Shown piece after piece: positions 54,101 to 63,170 of a stretch of 64,000 nucleotides of DNA (position 1 is its first letter; the number at the start of each line of letters is the position of its first letter). Source of the DNA: Octopus sinensis. Its lineage: Eukaryota. Below the pieces are notes generated by a model that worked only from the letters and a program-made list of their open reading frames with translations, was not told the origin of the DNA and made no database searches. Made by a program: the position numbers and the translations under genes. The stretch is taken from positions 51,968,464 to 52,032,463 of the forward strand of contig NC_043011.1 in assembly GCF_006345805.1 (NCBI RefSeq), in the 5' to 3' direction.

Positions 54101-57100
54101 TGCTTGCACCAATTGTGCTTTATATAATATTGGCATGTATATTGTGTTTTATATATGTATTTGGTATTATGAATTAAATGGCTTATCTAATGTCAGAATT
54201 TCTCTCGTCTATTTTGTCAGATTTTGGCCCCCCATCTTCCCTGTGGTGATCCTTTACTCAGTCCACATATCTATGAAGTAGTCCTTAATGAATTCTTGAG
54301 AACAGATCATGAGGTAAGGTCACAAATGGTTTCATAATGTTATTCTTGATTCAGTAAGATGTTCCAGCCATGGACAAACTGGTCTTCTGTTTTCTTTTCT
54401 TCTATTTATTTATTATTATTTTTAGTAACAAGAAGATTATTTGTCCATAAAAAAACACTCTAAGTAAAAAACTGTCCAATTCATGCCAGAACAGAGAAGC
54501 AGATGTAAAATAATGCTAACAATAAAATCTTGTATTTGATACAATCTACGCACAGCTCATGTACTTAATATTATATATATAAACATCATGTATTTAATGA
54601 TAAGCACACAATCTCAGGTGTTTAATATATGTACATAGTGTGTCTTAAATACTATGACTAGCTGTGTTTTATAATATGCTATATACCATGGCCATATCAA
54701 TAAATTGCTAGAACTATTACAAATCAATAAATTGTTAGAATTATTACAAGTTGTTGTTGTTTAGACCCAGGTCGGTCCTGATTCAGCAGACATGTCTTTT
54801 TCTTAGGTACAATACCCCGCTGGACCTCATTGTCCAGCATGTCCCTTTCTAGGATGGGGGTAAGATTTCTGAGAGAGATTTGGCTGTGATTTCTAGCAAG
54901 TTAAACAACCACATAGAAGCTTCTTCATTGGCTTTACAAAAGACCAAGAATAAATTTAGTTTTACAGTGTCATGACATTGCCTACAAGGTTCTACATTGT
55001 TCTACATAGATATATGTTTGTGTGTTTCTAAATTCTTCATATAAAGTATTCTCTTTATATCCCTTCACTGGATTGCCATATGCCACTAAATCTTTGGGTG
55101 GCATACAACCTAAAAAAAATGTTCAATGGTGTATTATCTAAAAACGTGGTGCTTTCTGAAAATACAGTCTTATATGATGTTGCATGTTGTTACATATCAA
55201 ATTATATAATGTTCTTGTGTTTTAAATACAATTTTGCAATGGAAACATGTCTTGCTTCATGCAGTGTTCCTCTGCTTAATTCCAGGGTTTCCTTCATCTG
55301 ATTCGGTCGTGGCCACACAACCTCTACAACATGCAAGTTATCATCAACATTCTCCTAAATGAACATGAGAAAGATAGGAACAACCTTACACTACTGGAGT
55401 GTTTAGGAGAGCTGTAAGTAGATCTTTGATATTATGTTTTTTTTTTAAGCCTTTAGCATTCAGATTATTCTACTGAAAGTAAAAGGGTAAAGACTACTTT
55501 TGGTCATGAATGGCCTTGGGATTGTACCTAGAAATTTCCCCTCTAAGGCACAAGTCCAAGCAAAGTTGTTTATGGAAGACCAGCGGTTGCCCATGCATAC
55601 CAGCCTTCTCTCTCCATGCCACCGACAATATCCAAGGGAAAGCTTAGGGCTGATACAGCTTGGTACCAGTGATGTTGCTACTCATTTCTACAGCTAACTG
55701 AACTGGAGCAACATGACATAAAGTGTCTTGCTCAAGAACACAACACACAGCCTGGTCCAGGAATCAAATCACTATCTCATGATTGTGAGCCTGACGCTCT
55801 AACCACTGTGCCATGTGCCTTCGCTGTTGAAAGTAGTACTTATTTGTTCACATTGTTTTGAATTAATCGTGCATTATCTCATAGCTTCAAGATTTTGCTG
55901 ATGTGGTAGCTTACTTTTAGAATGACATTGTAGAGTAAGTGTGAGGGGTCAGTTTGAAAATAAAGCAGGTAGAATATTTTGGCTGGATATGGCTAAAATG
56001 CTAAAGGATTAAATGCTAAAGGATTAAATGCTAAAGGATTAAATGCTAAAGGATTAAACCCCAATGATAGCACTCCCAGCTTGTTCTTTGTGTTAAGCAT
56101 GTAATTCTTTCTTCAACTATGAACCTAGTCACTAGATACTGTACAGTTTCAGGACTATCTTCTTGATAATACATATCAGCTCCACACAGGGCCAGATTAA
56201 GACCCTTAGAAGCTCTAAGCAATTACAAGATTTTGGTACCCCCATATATATGTAATTCAAAATATAAACAATAATAAACCATAAAATGAATTTTTATTTT
56301 TCAAAATGAAACAAAATTAACAATAAGATGGAAAATAGTGTTTACTTTTGCATACTTCCACTTTATATTTGAAAAGGTTTCTCCTACTTTTTTTAAATTG
56401 CAAAGTCTTTGATCAGCTCCTCAAAATTAATCTTGCGTGAGACATCTGCTTCTATACTTAGTACAGATAAGGCATCCTGAATTTCGAGTGATTTCTTTTG
56501 TGCCATAAACCAATTTACTATTTCTGTTGTACCCCACCTCCACTTCTTTGCTGCCCTAAGCACATGCTTTATTTAGCTTAATGGTTGATCCAGCACTGGC
56601 TCTACAGCTTTCATAGTTATATGTTGAAGACTCTTTTTAAACATATCTAGTGACATTTTTCATTATGCACAATATTGTTCTTCACATCATACCACTATGG
56701 TTAAGAAGTTTGCTTTGCAACCATGAGGTCTCCAATTTAGAATTATATGTCATTTTGGACATTTGTAATTTCCTATAGCCTGGTGAAGGTAAGTGGATTG
56801 GGGGGAAGCTGTATAGAAGCACATTAGCTGGTTTGCATCTGTAATTAAAATGGTACAGCCTCGTTACATTCTGTGTCACGCTGAATCTGCCTGAGAATTC
56901 TGTTGAGGCTACACATAACTGTGGAATGCTCAGTTACTCACATGCTAATTCAATGAGTAGGAAATTCAGTTTGTCAAACTGCTAAATAGTGTTGAAACCA
57001 GCAGAGATCCATTCACCATTTGACATGCGCTATCACTTTACATTAATGACCTGTAGGGACACCATATCTCGTTATGCAACCATAATATACTACAAAATAT

Positions 57101-58225
57101 ATTAAGCATTTTTATAAGTCAATACCATGTTTTACTGTGTTAGCATTGCTATTACATCATTTGTTAAGGTTATTTCAGGAGTCTTTGTTCCTTTGTCAGT
57201 ACCCATCCAACCCATTAATCATTGCTTAAATAACCACTAAATACAGCGGTGTAACGTTTTTGGATATACCAATTTTACATACTCCTGAAATGTGTTATAT
57301 ACGCTCATTGCCCATTTTCCATTTTCAATCTCAGAATCGAAATTGAACCAATCCTATGACTGGCACCCGGCAGATGCCAGGACCCCTGGACTGGTGGTAC
57401 GTAAAAAGCACTATCCGAATTGTGGCCGATGCCAGTGCCACTTCGACTAGCTTCCGTGCCGGTGGCACATAAAATGCACCAATCCGACCGTGGCCATTGC
57501 CAGCCTCGCCTGGCACCTGTGCGGGTGGCACGTAAAAAGCACCCACTACACTCACGGAGTGGTTGGCGTTAGGAAGGGCATCCAGCTGTAGAAACATTGC
57601 CAGATAAGACTGGAGCCTGGTGCAGCCTTCTGGCTTCCCAGATCCCTGGTCGAACCGTCCAACCCATGCTAGCATGGAAAACGGACGCTAAATGATGATG
57701 ATGATGAATCTCGTTGTTGCTGTTTACATCAGGCATCTCAGATATGAAATGTTGTAACAAAATCAGTGCTGACTATAATTTCTATAGAAAATCTGTTGAG
57801 AAAACCGTAACAAGTTATTTTACATTAAGTTGCTGTCCTATACATAATGTGTTGGATCCTGTCACCAGCACTGCAATATGTTCAAATCTAAAACTGTTAT
57901 CTTTCAAGGAGCCAGTTAACCTAATTGCAAATAACTACTTCACCAGTTGTTAAAACATCTTTGATCATAGATCTGCTTTATCAAGGTGTACTTGAAATTA
58001 CAATAGCACCAACAACAACTATGTCCTTCCTTTTTTAAGACAGCACAATATGGTTTGATGGAGATTTGACTTTTTTTTTATTCTGGCAGGTCATGTTTTA
58101 TTTGGTTTCATTTAGATGTTTTGAATATATATATTTGCTGATATAGAACAGTGAGAATGGGTACTCAACACCACATTGATGGATGAATTTTCCTTTTGTG
58201 GGTTTACAAGCTACCAATGGTTTCA

Positions 58226-58281
<56 letters not shown>

Positions 58282-60005
58282 AGTGAGTGAGAGAGACTAT
58301 AGCCTAGCTCCTGGAATACATGAATATATGATCAGACTGCATTAGTCTGATCATACTGCTGTAATAAACTCTTGTTTGTGAATCATAACAGAGTTGAAAA
58401 AAGTCTCACTAAACAACACAGGTGTACAAAGAGTTAAGATAGGGATGTGAACATTGTTCAACAATCATCCAAGTGTCAGAAAAATGTCTTCTATGGTTTT
58501 TATTTCAGCTCTTTAAGTTCTAGATTCAAATCCTGTTGTGGTCACCTTTGCCTTTCCTCCAGCTGATAAAGTACCAGTCAAATACTGGTGTCAATGTAAT
58601 CAACTAAACCATTCCTGAAAATTGTTGGTTTTCATATTTTCACTAAATTCTATTATTACTGAAAAAACAGTGGGTTGGCCAGTTTTGTAGGGCATCAGGT
58701 AAAGTACTTTATAGCATTTAGTTACACTCATGTTCTAAGTTCAAACCTTGCTTTGATCAACTTTGACTCTCATCTTTCTGATGATAAAATAAGTTCCAGT
58801 GAAGCATATGCATAGACTTTATTGACTGTGTCCCACCTTCCCAGTTATCTGATGTCTTTGTGTCTGTGTTGAAAACCATGGATAATTAAATACATAATTT
58901 TATTTTGTTTTTATTATATTTTCAGATACATATTCCAGAAAAGATATGACAAAGCTTTAACTATTTACCTCCAGTAAGTAATACAAGTTTACAATTATAC
59001 TTTACACTGTCTGATTCCATGCATTCACTGCTACAACCACCTCCAGGCTCTATGCATTTACCTTTACACTGTACACATTTACTTTCCTACACATCACATC
59101 TCCTTACTGTACACATTCTACACACTACACCTCCAGGCTTTCTACATTTACTTTTACACTCTACACACTTATTTCTACACCCTATGCCTCCAGATTTTAC
59201 ACATTTACCTTTACACTGTACATATTTACTTCTTTCTAAACACCACATCTCCAGACTCTACACACTACACCTCCATGCCCTATGCTTTACACAATTAACT
59301 ATGTACTTCCATACACTATTTCTTTAAGTCTACACATGAAGGAACCTCTACAGCAGGGGTTCTCAACCAGTTTTAATCTATGGACCCCTATGATTACTCT
59401 TTTATTTTGGTGAACTCTCATGGCCCTTCGATGTCTAAAAACTAGTTTTATAGAAACTTCTTTCGAAATTCCTATTTAGTTTTTCACACATTAACTTGTG
59501 TAGGGTGGACTAAGTAAAATGTTAGAGAAAGAAACCTGTTTCTTGCAGTCAATACCAATACATATCAAGATTGGAGCCTGGTGCAGCCATCTGGTTCGCC
59601 AGTCCTCAGTCAAATCGTCCAACCCATGCTAGCATGGAAAGCGGACGTTAAACGATGATGATGATGATGACATCAAAATCAGAAAATTTTCAGGAGCCCT
59701 TAAAATGCTAATGTTGATCCCCAATTTACTATTTTATTAACTGGACCCCGCTCCCCCAAATCTCATATAGATACTGGTTGAGAACCAGTGCTCTACAGAG
59801 TTGCTTGACTTGTCTGAAATAGCAGCCGATTCTTTAAATCACATCCTACTGGCTTAAAATAAATTGAACATGCACCAGGGAAATATGTCAGAATATTATG
59901 AGAAGGTGACTGCTTCAGTACCCTGGGCTGATATGGGGCTAAACAAGACATAAACTGCGTCACACAACAAATTTACCGCTGCTAGTTATTGCCTTCTTTT
60001 TCTCC

Positions 60006-60057
<52 letters not shown>

Positions 60058-60181
60058 GCAAATACTCATACACACACGCGTTATCTCCCTTCGAATTCTC
60101 TAATTGCACTACCAACTGGTTTCTAACCAACGGTTCTCTCCCTTGCAAATTGCTTCAGTTACCTATATACATGTCGTGTTC

Positions 60182-60222
<41 letters not shown>

Positions 60223-62953
60223 AGCGCACCTCTACATCTACCCCACCACTACAGCCATTAACATACTATTTAATACCGAAACTGCAAACACCTCTTTCAG
60301 CACACCTCACCAGCTTCCACTTTGCATCTACATAATATCCTATCATATAACTATTACTATCCACACACCTTAGTATCAATACACAATCTGTACCCTATAC
60401 TCAATACTAACTACTCTCTGCTCTTCTGCCCCCATTCACTTTTACTCATTTCATACCTTGGGAGTTCACACATACACTTCATCACCACTATTTTTCTCTT
60501 CTCCAGTCCACTCCTAGTACCCCCTCCTACCTTCCCTTCAAAAATGTGAGTAACTATGTTGCCCCTGTTCAGCAAGAAGCCTGTTCTACTGTTGACCCCT
60601 TCTTTCATGCTTTAATCTTTCGTCTCCTGGCATAAAGCCATCTCTCTTTGGGTTTTGTAGTCTTGCATGATGATCATCATCATCGTTTAACGTCCGCTTT
60701 CCATGCTAGCATGGGTTGGACGATTTTGACTGAGGGCTGGCGAACCAGATGGCTGCACCAGGCTCCAATCTTGATCTGGCAGAGTTTCTACAGCTGGATG
60801 CGCTTCCTAACGCCAAGTACTCCGAGAGTGTAGTGGGTGCTTTTTACATGCCACCAGCACTGGGGCCAGTCAGGTGGTACTGGCAATGACCTTGCTCGAA
60901 TCTTTTTACACATGCCACCAGCACAGATGCCAGTAAGGCGACATTGGTAACGATAGGCGACATTGGGCCTTACTAATTCTGGTGGCAAAAAAATTCACCC
61001 AGTTCACACTGTAAAATGGTTGGCATTAGGAAGAGTAACCAGCTGTAGAAACCATTCCAAGGTAGACAGTGGAGCACAATGCAGTCCTTGGACTTGTTAG
61101 ATCCTATAAAATTGTCCAAACCATGCTAACAAAAGGCATAAATATTTGATGATGATGATGCTGGTGGTGATGTGCTATAAGAATCTTTTTAATGTATTAA
61201 CCTATCTCTCTCTTTCCTTTGTACAGGATGAAACACAAGGATGTTTTTAACTTAATCAACAAACACAACTTGTTTGATTCAATAACCGACCGTATTGTAC
61301 AGTTGATGGAGTTTGATTCAGAGAAAGCTGTGATACTGCTGCTTGATAACATTGAAAAGATACCGGTAAACCTCTTCTTGCTTTTTCTTTCTCAATAAGC
61401 TACAAACTCTATATCCTCATTTTAGACCACCTCCATTTATTTGATTCATAGATGCCTTTAGCACAGTCCACCATGTTATTCTTTTGCTTCTTCTAGTCAT
61501 TGGACTGTGACCAAGCTAGGGCACTGCTTCAAGGGTTTCTAGTCAAACGAATTGACTCCAGTACTTATTTTTTTTAAAGTCTGGTACTTATTCTATTGTT
61601 TTTGTTTGCCAAACTGCTAAGTCAGGGAGATATAAACAAACCAACACTAGCTGTCAAGCAGTGGTAAACGACAAACACAGCCACAAAAACACATACATAC
61701 ATACATGCATACATACATACATGCATACATACGTGTGGGGGTGTATATATATATACACACACACACATATACATACGCACACACACACACACCATACACA
61801 ATGACTTCATTCCGTTTCCATCTACCAAATCCTCTCACAAGGTTTTGATCGACCTGGGGTCATAGTAGAAGACACTTGCCCAAGGTACCATACAACCACA
61901 CTTGTGCTTGTTGCAAACAATTAGGCCAATCTCTGACCTGAGAATTACTTGTGTTAATTAGGACACAAGTAATTCTCAGAGCAGAGACAGGTATAGCAAA
62001 ATTGTGAGCAGCAAGAGTCGGTCCTCCTTTCTGGTAATTTTGTAATATCAGTTCTTTGAATTTTTTGTTTTGTTTTGTTTTTTTTTTGTGTATTGTTTCC
62101 GTGTGGCTTTTCTCAGTTCCTTTTTTGAAATTTAATAACAATTAAATGAATAAAAAATATACAACTTTTTTTCTTTTACAGATCAAAAAGGTTGTTCAGC
62201 AACTGGAACCAACCCCAGAGCTGTTGCATCGTGTAAGTATAGACAGTGTTGGTGTTTGTGTGTCAGACTTAATCCAGCAAACTTATAATCAGGGGCATTC
62301 CAGTTATGACCTCCCACTTGCTTTTATGGGACATAGTGTATTTTAGAAGTGTTATCTAATCTATCCTTGTTTCCTTACTAAGCTGGCAATGTTATTTGAA
62401 GGAGATTTGGCTGTTATTTCTGGCAGTTCGTTTGCTGCCTCATTGAATTCAGCCCAATATCAGCCCCAAATCAAAAGGACCTATGATCAAGGACATTTCA
62501 GTCGTGACCATCCTGTCATCTTTTTCAAACATAGTGTATATAGATATACATTTTCTAATGTGTGCTTCATTTCTTAAATTGTAGAGGGTGATTTGAGGGA
62601 GATTTTACTACTCATTGCATAGAGGCTTCCACATTATACTATTTGCTTTAAGTATTTTCTGCTACATTCCTCAGTTAATGCTGATCTATATGTCAGTAGC
62701 ATTCATTGACTCCCTTTTATGCACTATTCTATTCTAATTTTTTTTCTTTCTCCACTGCAGTACCTTGACAAATTGTTCCAAAAGGATCCTCACTTGGGCC
62801 AGGAATACCATGCAATGCAAATAAAATTATATGCAGAGTACGACAGAGAGAAGTTGCTGCCTTTACTCAAGAACAGCACACACTGCCCTCTGCAGGCAGC
62901 CCTTGAGGAATGCCGCATTCGGAACTTCTTACCAGAACAAGTCTTCCTTCTGA
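27537..62953 (+). CDS. VPS41: Vacuolar protein sorting 41 (HOPS subunit), spliced partial CDS, 16 exons, incomplete at both ends
   Basis: Manually spliced exons all have GT-AG boundaries, compatible phases and no stop codon (1678 nt). The translation aligns colinearly with metazoan VPS41 as recalled (e.g. IAWAN, LCWKD, EEISDDAL, DQDDHI.WLL, HKDVF.LI.KHNLF, LYAEYDR..LLP.L..STHCPL). Confidence 0.97.
29333..30169. mobile_element. Foldback mariner derivative made of two inverted left ends
   Basis: The left arm (+) and right arm (-) both start GGTCTGATCA.TAAGTATC. The + arm reads EQRIYFKFCQKLGDTCSEAYA; the - arm reads AYAKLQKVYGEECVSYAQVYKWF..FQDGR...SGRP...VQSIITEDLGMRCVSAKFVPK. Confidence 0.88.
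30540..31530 (+). mobile_element. Three tandem family A SINE copies (3' half, full copy 30843-31230, degenerate copy)
   Basis: Repeated TTGACAACCGGTG and GACTGAAACAAG blocks. Confidence 0.82.
35161..36040 (+). mobile_element. Penelope-like retroelement fragment: RT thumb plus GIY-YIG endonuclease, pseudogenised
   Basis: SCHPRHTKTNIPFNLARRICTIVS, HNPRNKEA, VKKCG*PNCATC, DFTCAS, YVIRCLGFHQNYMG, HQQQI..PEYR.IP.SEH, FIEKYKP with frameshifts. Confidence 0.9.
36440..36980 (-). mobile_element. HERO-clade (restriction-like endonuclease) LINE, 3' fragment
   Basis: ILWCERKKVVNLVKLMVPHKDN...AQKIDRY...EGEDAGWKAEHFPIKVRCRGFIRHSVR*LLLSLGL...VEKASHWIWL...EY* (stop at 36642-36644), then 3' UTR. Confidence 0.82.
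36989..37108 (+). CDS. VPS41: VPS41 exon (120 nt, phase 0-0): LVLGEKNFLGRYKNYVLHKGEGPIRNIKWKSFLIAWANDK
   Basis: tttcag|CTT ... AAG|gtaag; LH.GEG.IR..KW...LIAWAN motif. Confidence 0.96.
38623..38684 (+). CDS. VPS41: VPS41 exon (62 nt, phase 0-2): GVKIYDMSLECRITNIPKDH+AG
   Basis: cctcag|GGT ... AG|gtaaat; GVKI.D....RITN.P.D motif. Confidence 0.95.
40156..40402. mobile_element. hAT-type MITE
   Basis: CAGGGCTG / CAGCCCTG termini; 8-bp direct repeat GGTGTGAG at 40148-40155 and 40402-40409. Confidence 0.72.
40586..40667 (+). CDS. VPS41: VPS41 exon (82 nt, phase 2-0): (S)NRPDLYQCNLCWKDDRTLLVGWADLIK
   Basis: ttccag|T ... AAA|gtatgc; RPD.Y.C.LCWKD..TL..GW motif. Confidence 0.96.
42190..42256 (+). 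CDS. VPS41: VPS41 exon (67 nt, phase 0-1): ICVVRDKTSDVDANMPERFVEI+A
   Basis: tttcag|ATC ... A|gtaag; P.R.VEI motif; phase fits neighbours. Confidence 0.92.
43313..43868 (-). mobile_element. Non-autonomous mariner, same family as 29333-30169
   Basis: TA|CAAGGTCTGATGAAAAG ... CTTTTTGATCAGACCTTG|TA; residual WQLCHDNAFTH catalytic-region motif. Confidence 0.85.
43878..44232 (+). mobile_element. RTE (BovB-like) LINE 3' fragment with uninterrupted frame
   Basis: RRCWRRLLRIPWTARLTN.EVL...RL.YFGHIMRR.SLEKDI.LG.V.GKR.RG.PRTRWLD.I...AQDR..WR; (GATA)3 tail. Confidence 0.93.
44515..44624 (+). CDS. VPS41: VPS41 exon (110 nt, phase 1-0): (T)HMFTTTPESNCYICGIAPLENNLVVFTYDKEGQHIE
   Basis: ttgcag|CC ... GAG|gtcagt; YI.G.APL...LVV..Y motif. 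Confidence 0.92.
45257..45389 (+). CDS. VPS41: VPS41 exon (133 nt, phase 0-1): GGKFKADRPHLQIWEPEENYYEEISDDALSFRGFEEYRCFDYHL+G
   Basis: atacag|GGT ... G|gtaag; EEIS.DAL..RGF....C.DYHL motif. Confidence 0.96.
46107..46405 (+). mobile_element. CR1/Jockey-type LINE 3' fragment
   Basis: PLAHRFAVSSLCLFHCYYNGLCSSE ... LALWNLLPVHVF...DLQQF. Confidence 0.8.
46680..46795 (+). CDS. VPS41: VPS41 exon (116 nt, phase 1-0): (E)CVVEESLYFLISPKDVVVAKLRDQDDHITWLLEHERYE
   Basis: ttacag|AG ... GAG|gtcag; SP.DVVVAK.RDQDDHI.WLL motif. Confidence 0.97.
48675..48850. repeat. Compound (GATA)/(GACA)/(GGTA) tetranucleotide microsatellite
   Basis: Direct reading. Confidence 0.93.
48940..49350 (-). mobile_element. R4/Dong-type LINE 3' fragment a
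   Basis: AKIIDIAIFGDVRVDDKEQKKIEKH...EIVQMW....VIPIVVGALG ... QKTVLLGTVRILRLVL; (TAA)n at the 3' end. Confidence 0.8.
49358..50105 (-). mobile_element. R4/Dong-type LINE 3' fragment b (CCHC finger plus RLE domain), with an internal 34-bp x2.8 tandem repeat at 49881-49976
   Basis: CRICGGGEET.YIVSSCPVLAKKEYIHRHDRVG; PIHTDKEIKANRPDIVVRD...ILINVSIPTDDNVSLKETEKLS.Y.DLEIEV..MW...TIP.IVGALG. Confidence 0.9.
50161..50268 (+). mobile_element. R4/Dong-type LINE C-terminal fragment c
   Basis: LDNWLKEIGIECPIELLQKVCLLGSARIIRRVLSI*. Confidence 0.72.
50296..50498 (-). mobile_element. R4/Dong-type LINE 3' fragment d, flanked on both sides by (TAA)n
   Basis: YMEQIRAAVRVEHLQKTALLGTMRILWMVHEK*; TAA tracts at 50296-50315 and 50499-50527. 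Confidence 0.78.
50572..50628 (+). CDS. VPS41: VPS41 exon (57 nt, phase 0-0): DAMESAMAHSRELKKHNVQ
   Basis: aaccag|GAT ... CAG|gtaact; length and position match the expected EAL.A......K.H segment. Confidence 0.88.
50858..51001 (+). CDS. VPS41: VPS41 exon (144 nt, phase 0-0): ELGKQYLDHLLEAAEYEEAAQLCVRILGRKKELWESTFEKFNDIGQLK
   Basis: tttcag|GAA ... AAG|gttag; Y..HL.....Y..AA..C..ILG....LWE...KF..IGQLK motif. Confidence 0.96.
51345..51762 (-). mobile_element. Family C modular retroposon, diverged subfamily, 4 modules
   Basis: Same 3' block and (GAT)n tail; 5' end GAATCGAAATCAAATTC. Confidence 0.82.
51942..52385 (+). mobile_element. Two tandem family B SINEs
   Basis: GGTGGCAAGCTGGCAGAA head and GAGTTCAAATTCTGCC B-box repeated. 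Confidence 0.8.
52575..53150 (-). mobile_element. Decayed CR1/Jockey-type LINE fragment
   Basis: LTNILQPLVHRHAVSPLCL motif, similar to 46107-46405; many disruptions. Confidence 0.5.
53606..53828 (+). mobile_element. SINE family B
   Basis: GGCGGTGAGCTGGCAGAA head and conserved core. Confidence 0.82.
54221..54313 (+). CDS. VPS41: VPS41 exon (93 nt, phase 0-0): ILAPHLPCGDPLLSPHIYEVVLNEFLRTDHE
   Basis: tgtcag|ATT ... GAG|gtaag; P.LP.GDP.L.P.IYE..L.EFL motif. Confidence 0.96.
55286..55413 (+). CDS. VPS41: VPS41 exon (128 nt, phase 0-2): GFLHLIRSWPHNLYNMQVIINILLNEHEKDRNNLTLLECLGE+CT
   Basis: ttccag|GGT ... CT|gtaag; GF..LIR.WP..LYN motif. Confidence 0.95.
55449..56057. mobile_element. piggyBac-like MITE (family of 1058-1273) split by a SINE, right end quadruplicated
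   Basis: TTAA|GCCTTTAGCATTCAGATT left end; body resumes at 55824; ATGCTAAAGGATTAA x4 at 55998-56057. Confidence 0.85.
55482..55823 (-). mobile_element. tRNA-derived SINE family D, full length
   Basis: Head GAAGGCACATGGCACAGTGGTTAGAGCG; imperfect 12-bp target duplication CTACTGAAAGTA / CTGTTGAAAGTA. Confidence 0.85.
56187..56598 (-). mobile_element. hAT non-autonomous element retaining the C-terminal dimerisation-domain tail
   Basis: CAGGGCCAGATT / ATCCAGCACTG termini; TSD GCTCCACA / GCTCTACA; minus strand DALSVLSIEADVSRKINFEELIKDFA. Confidence 0.8.
57332..57706 (+). mobile_element. Family C modular retroposon, 3 modules
   Basis: Close match to 14360-14805 but one module shorter. Confidence 0.88.
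58926..58973 (+). CDS. VPS41: VPS41 exon (48 nt, phase 2-2): (L)YIFQKRYDKALTIYL+CA
   Basis: tttcag|A ... CA|gtaag; Y...K.Y..AL.IYL motif. Confidence 0.93.
59020..59320. repeat. Degenerate C/A-rich minisatellite
   Basis: Recurring CACCTCCAGGCT..CTACATTTACCTTTACACTGTACAC units. Confidence 0.75.
59354..59790. mobile_element. hAT (Charlie-like) MITE containing a family C 3' fragment (59564-59670)
   Basis: CAGGGGTTCTCAACC / GGTTGAGAACCAGTG TIRs; perfect 8-bp TSD CTCTACAG at 59346-59353 and 59791-59798. Confidence 0.88.
60667..60955 (-). mobile_element. Family C retroposon, 5'-truncated
   Basis: (CAT)n plus the conserved 3' block and two modules. Confidence 0.85.
61227..61365 (+). CDS. VPS41: VPS41 exon (139 nt, phase 2-0): (Q)MKHKDVFNLINKHNLFDSITDRIVQLMEFDSEKAVILLLDNIEKIP
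   Basis: gtacag|G ... CCG|gtaaac; HKDVF.LI.KHNLF and FDSEKAV motifs. Confidence 0.97.
61478..61915 (-). mobile_element. SINE family A, diverged
   Basis: Tail, internal microsatellite and head fragments colinear with other family A copies. Confidence 0.75.
62182..62232 (+). CDS. VPS41: VPS41 exon (51 nt, phase 0-0): IKKVVQQLEPTPELLHR
   Basis: ttacag|ATC ... CGT|gtaag; IKKVV..LE..PEL.H motif. Confidence 0.94.
62250..62630 (-). mobile_element. Abundant interspersed repeat family E (representative copies)
   Basis: Core GATTTGGCTGCTATTTCTAGCAG and ACCTATGATCAA..CATTCCAG.GTGACC, recurring at about 4310, 11345, 23935, 28590, 32775, 41510, 48270, 54760, 59800 and 63430. Confidence 0.65.
62761..62953 (+). 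CDS. VPS41: VPS41 exon (193 nt, phase 0-1): YLDKLFQKDPHLGQEYHAMQIKLYAEYDREKLLPLLKNSTHCPLQAALEECRIRNFLPEQVFLL+A
   Basis: ctgcag|TAC ... A|gtaag; clathrin-heavy-chain-repeat region motif LYAEYDR..LLP.L..STHCPL. Confidence 0.97.
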
Positions 62954-63022
62954 GTAAGTAGCATTTCAGTTACACAGTGTAGCTTCTATCTCAGGATGGC
63001 ATCGAAGTATTTTCTCTGCAAA

Positions 63023-63170
63023 TGTATTATCATCATCATCATCGTTTAGCATCCACTTTCCATGCTGGCATGGGTTGGATGGTTCGACTGGGGTCTGGGA
63101 AGCCAGAAGGCTGCACCAGGCCCGGTCTGATCTGGCAGTGTTTCTACAGCTGGATGCCCTTCCTAACGTA
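63023..63170 (-). mobile_element. Family C 3' fragment
   Basis: (CAT)n, CCATGCTGGCATGGGTTGG, CTACAGCTGGATGCCCTTCCTAACG. Confidence 0.82.
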
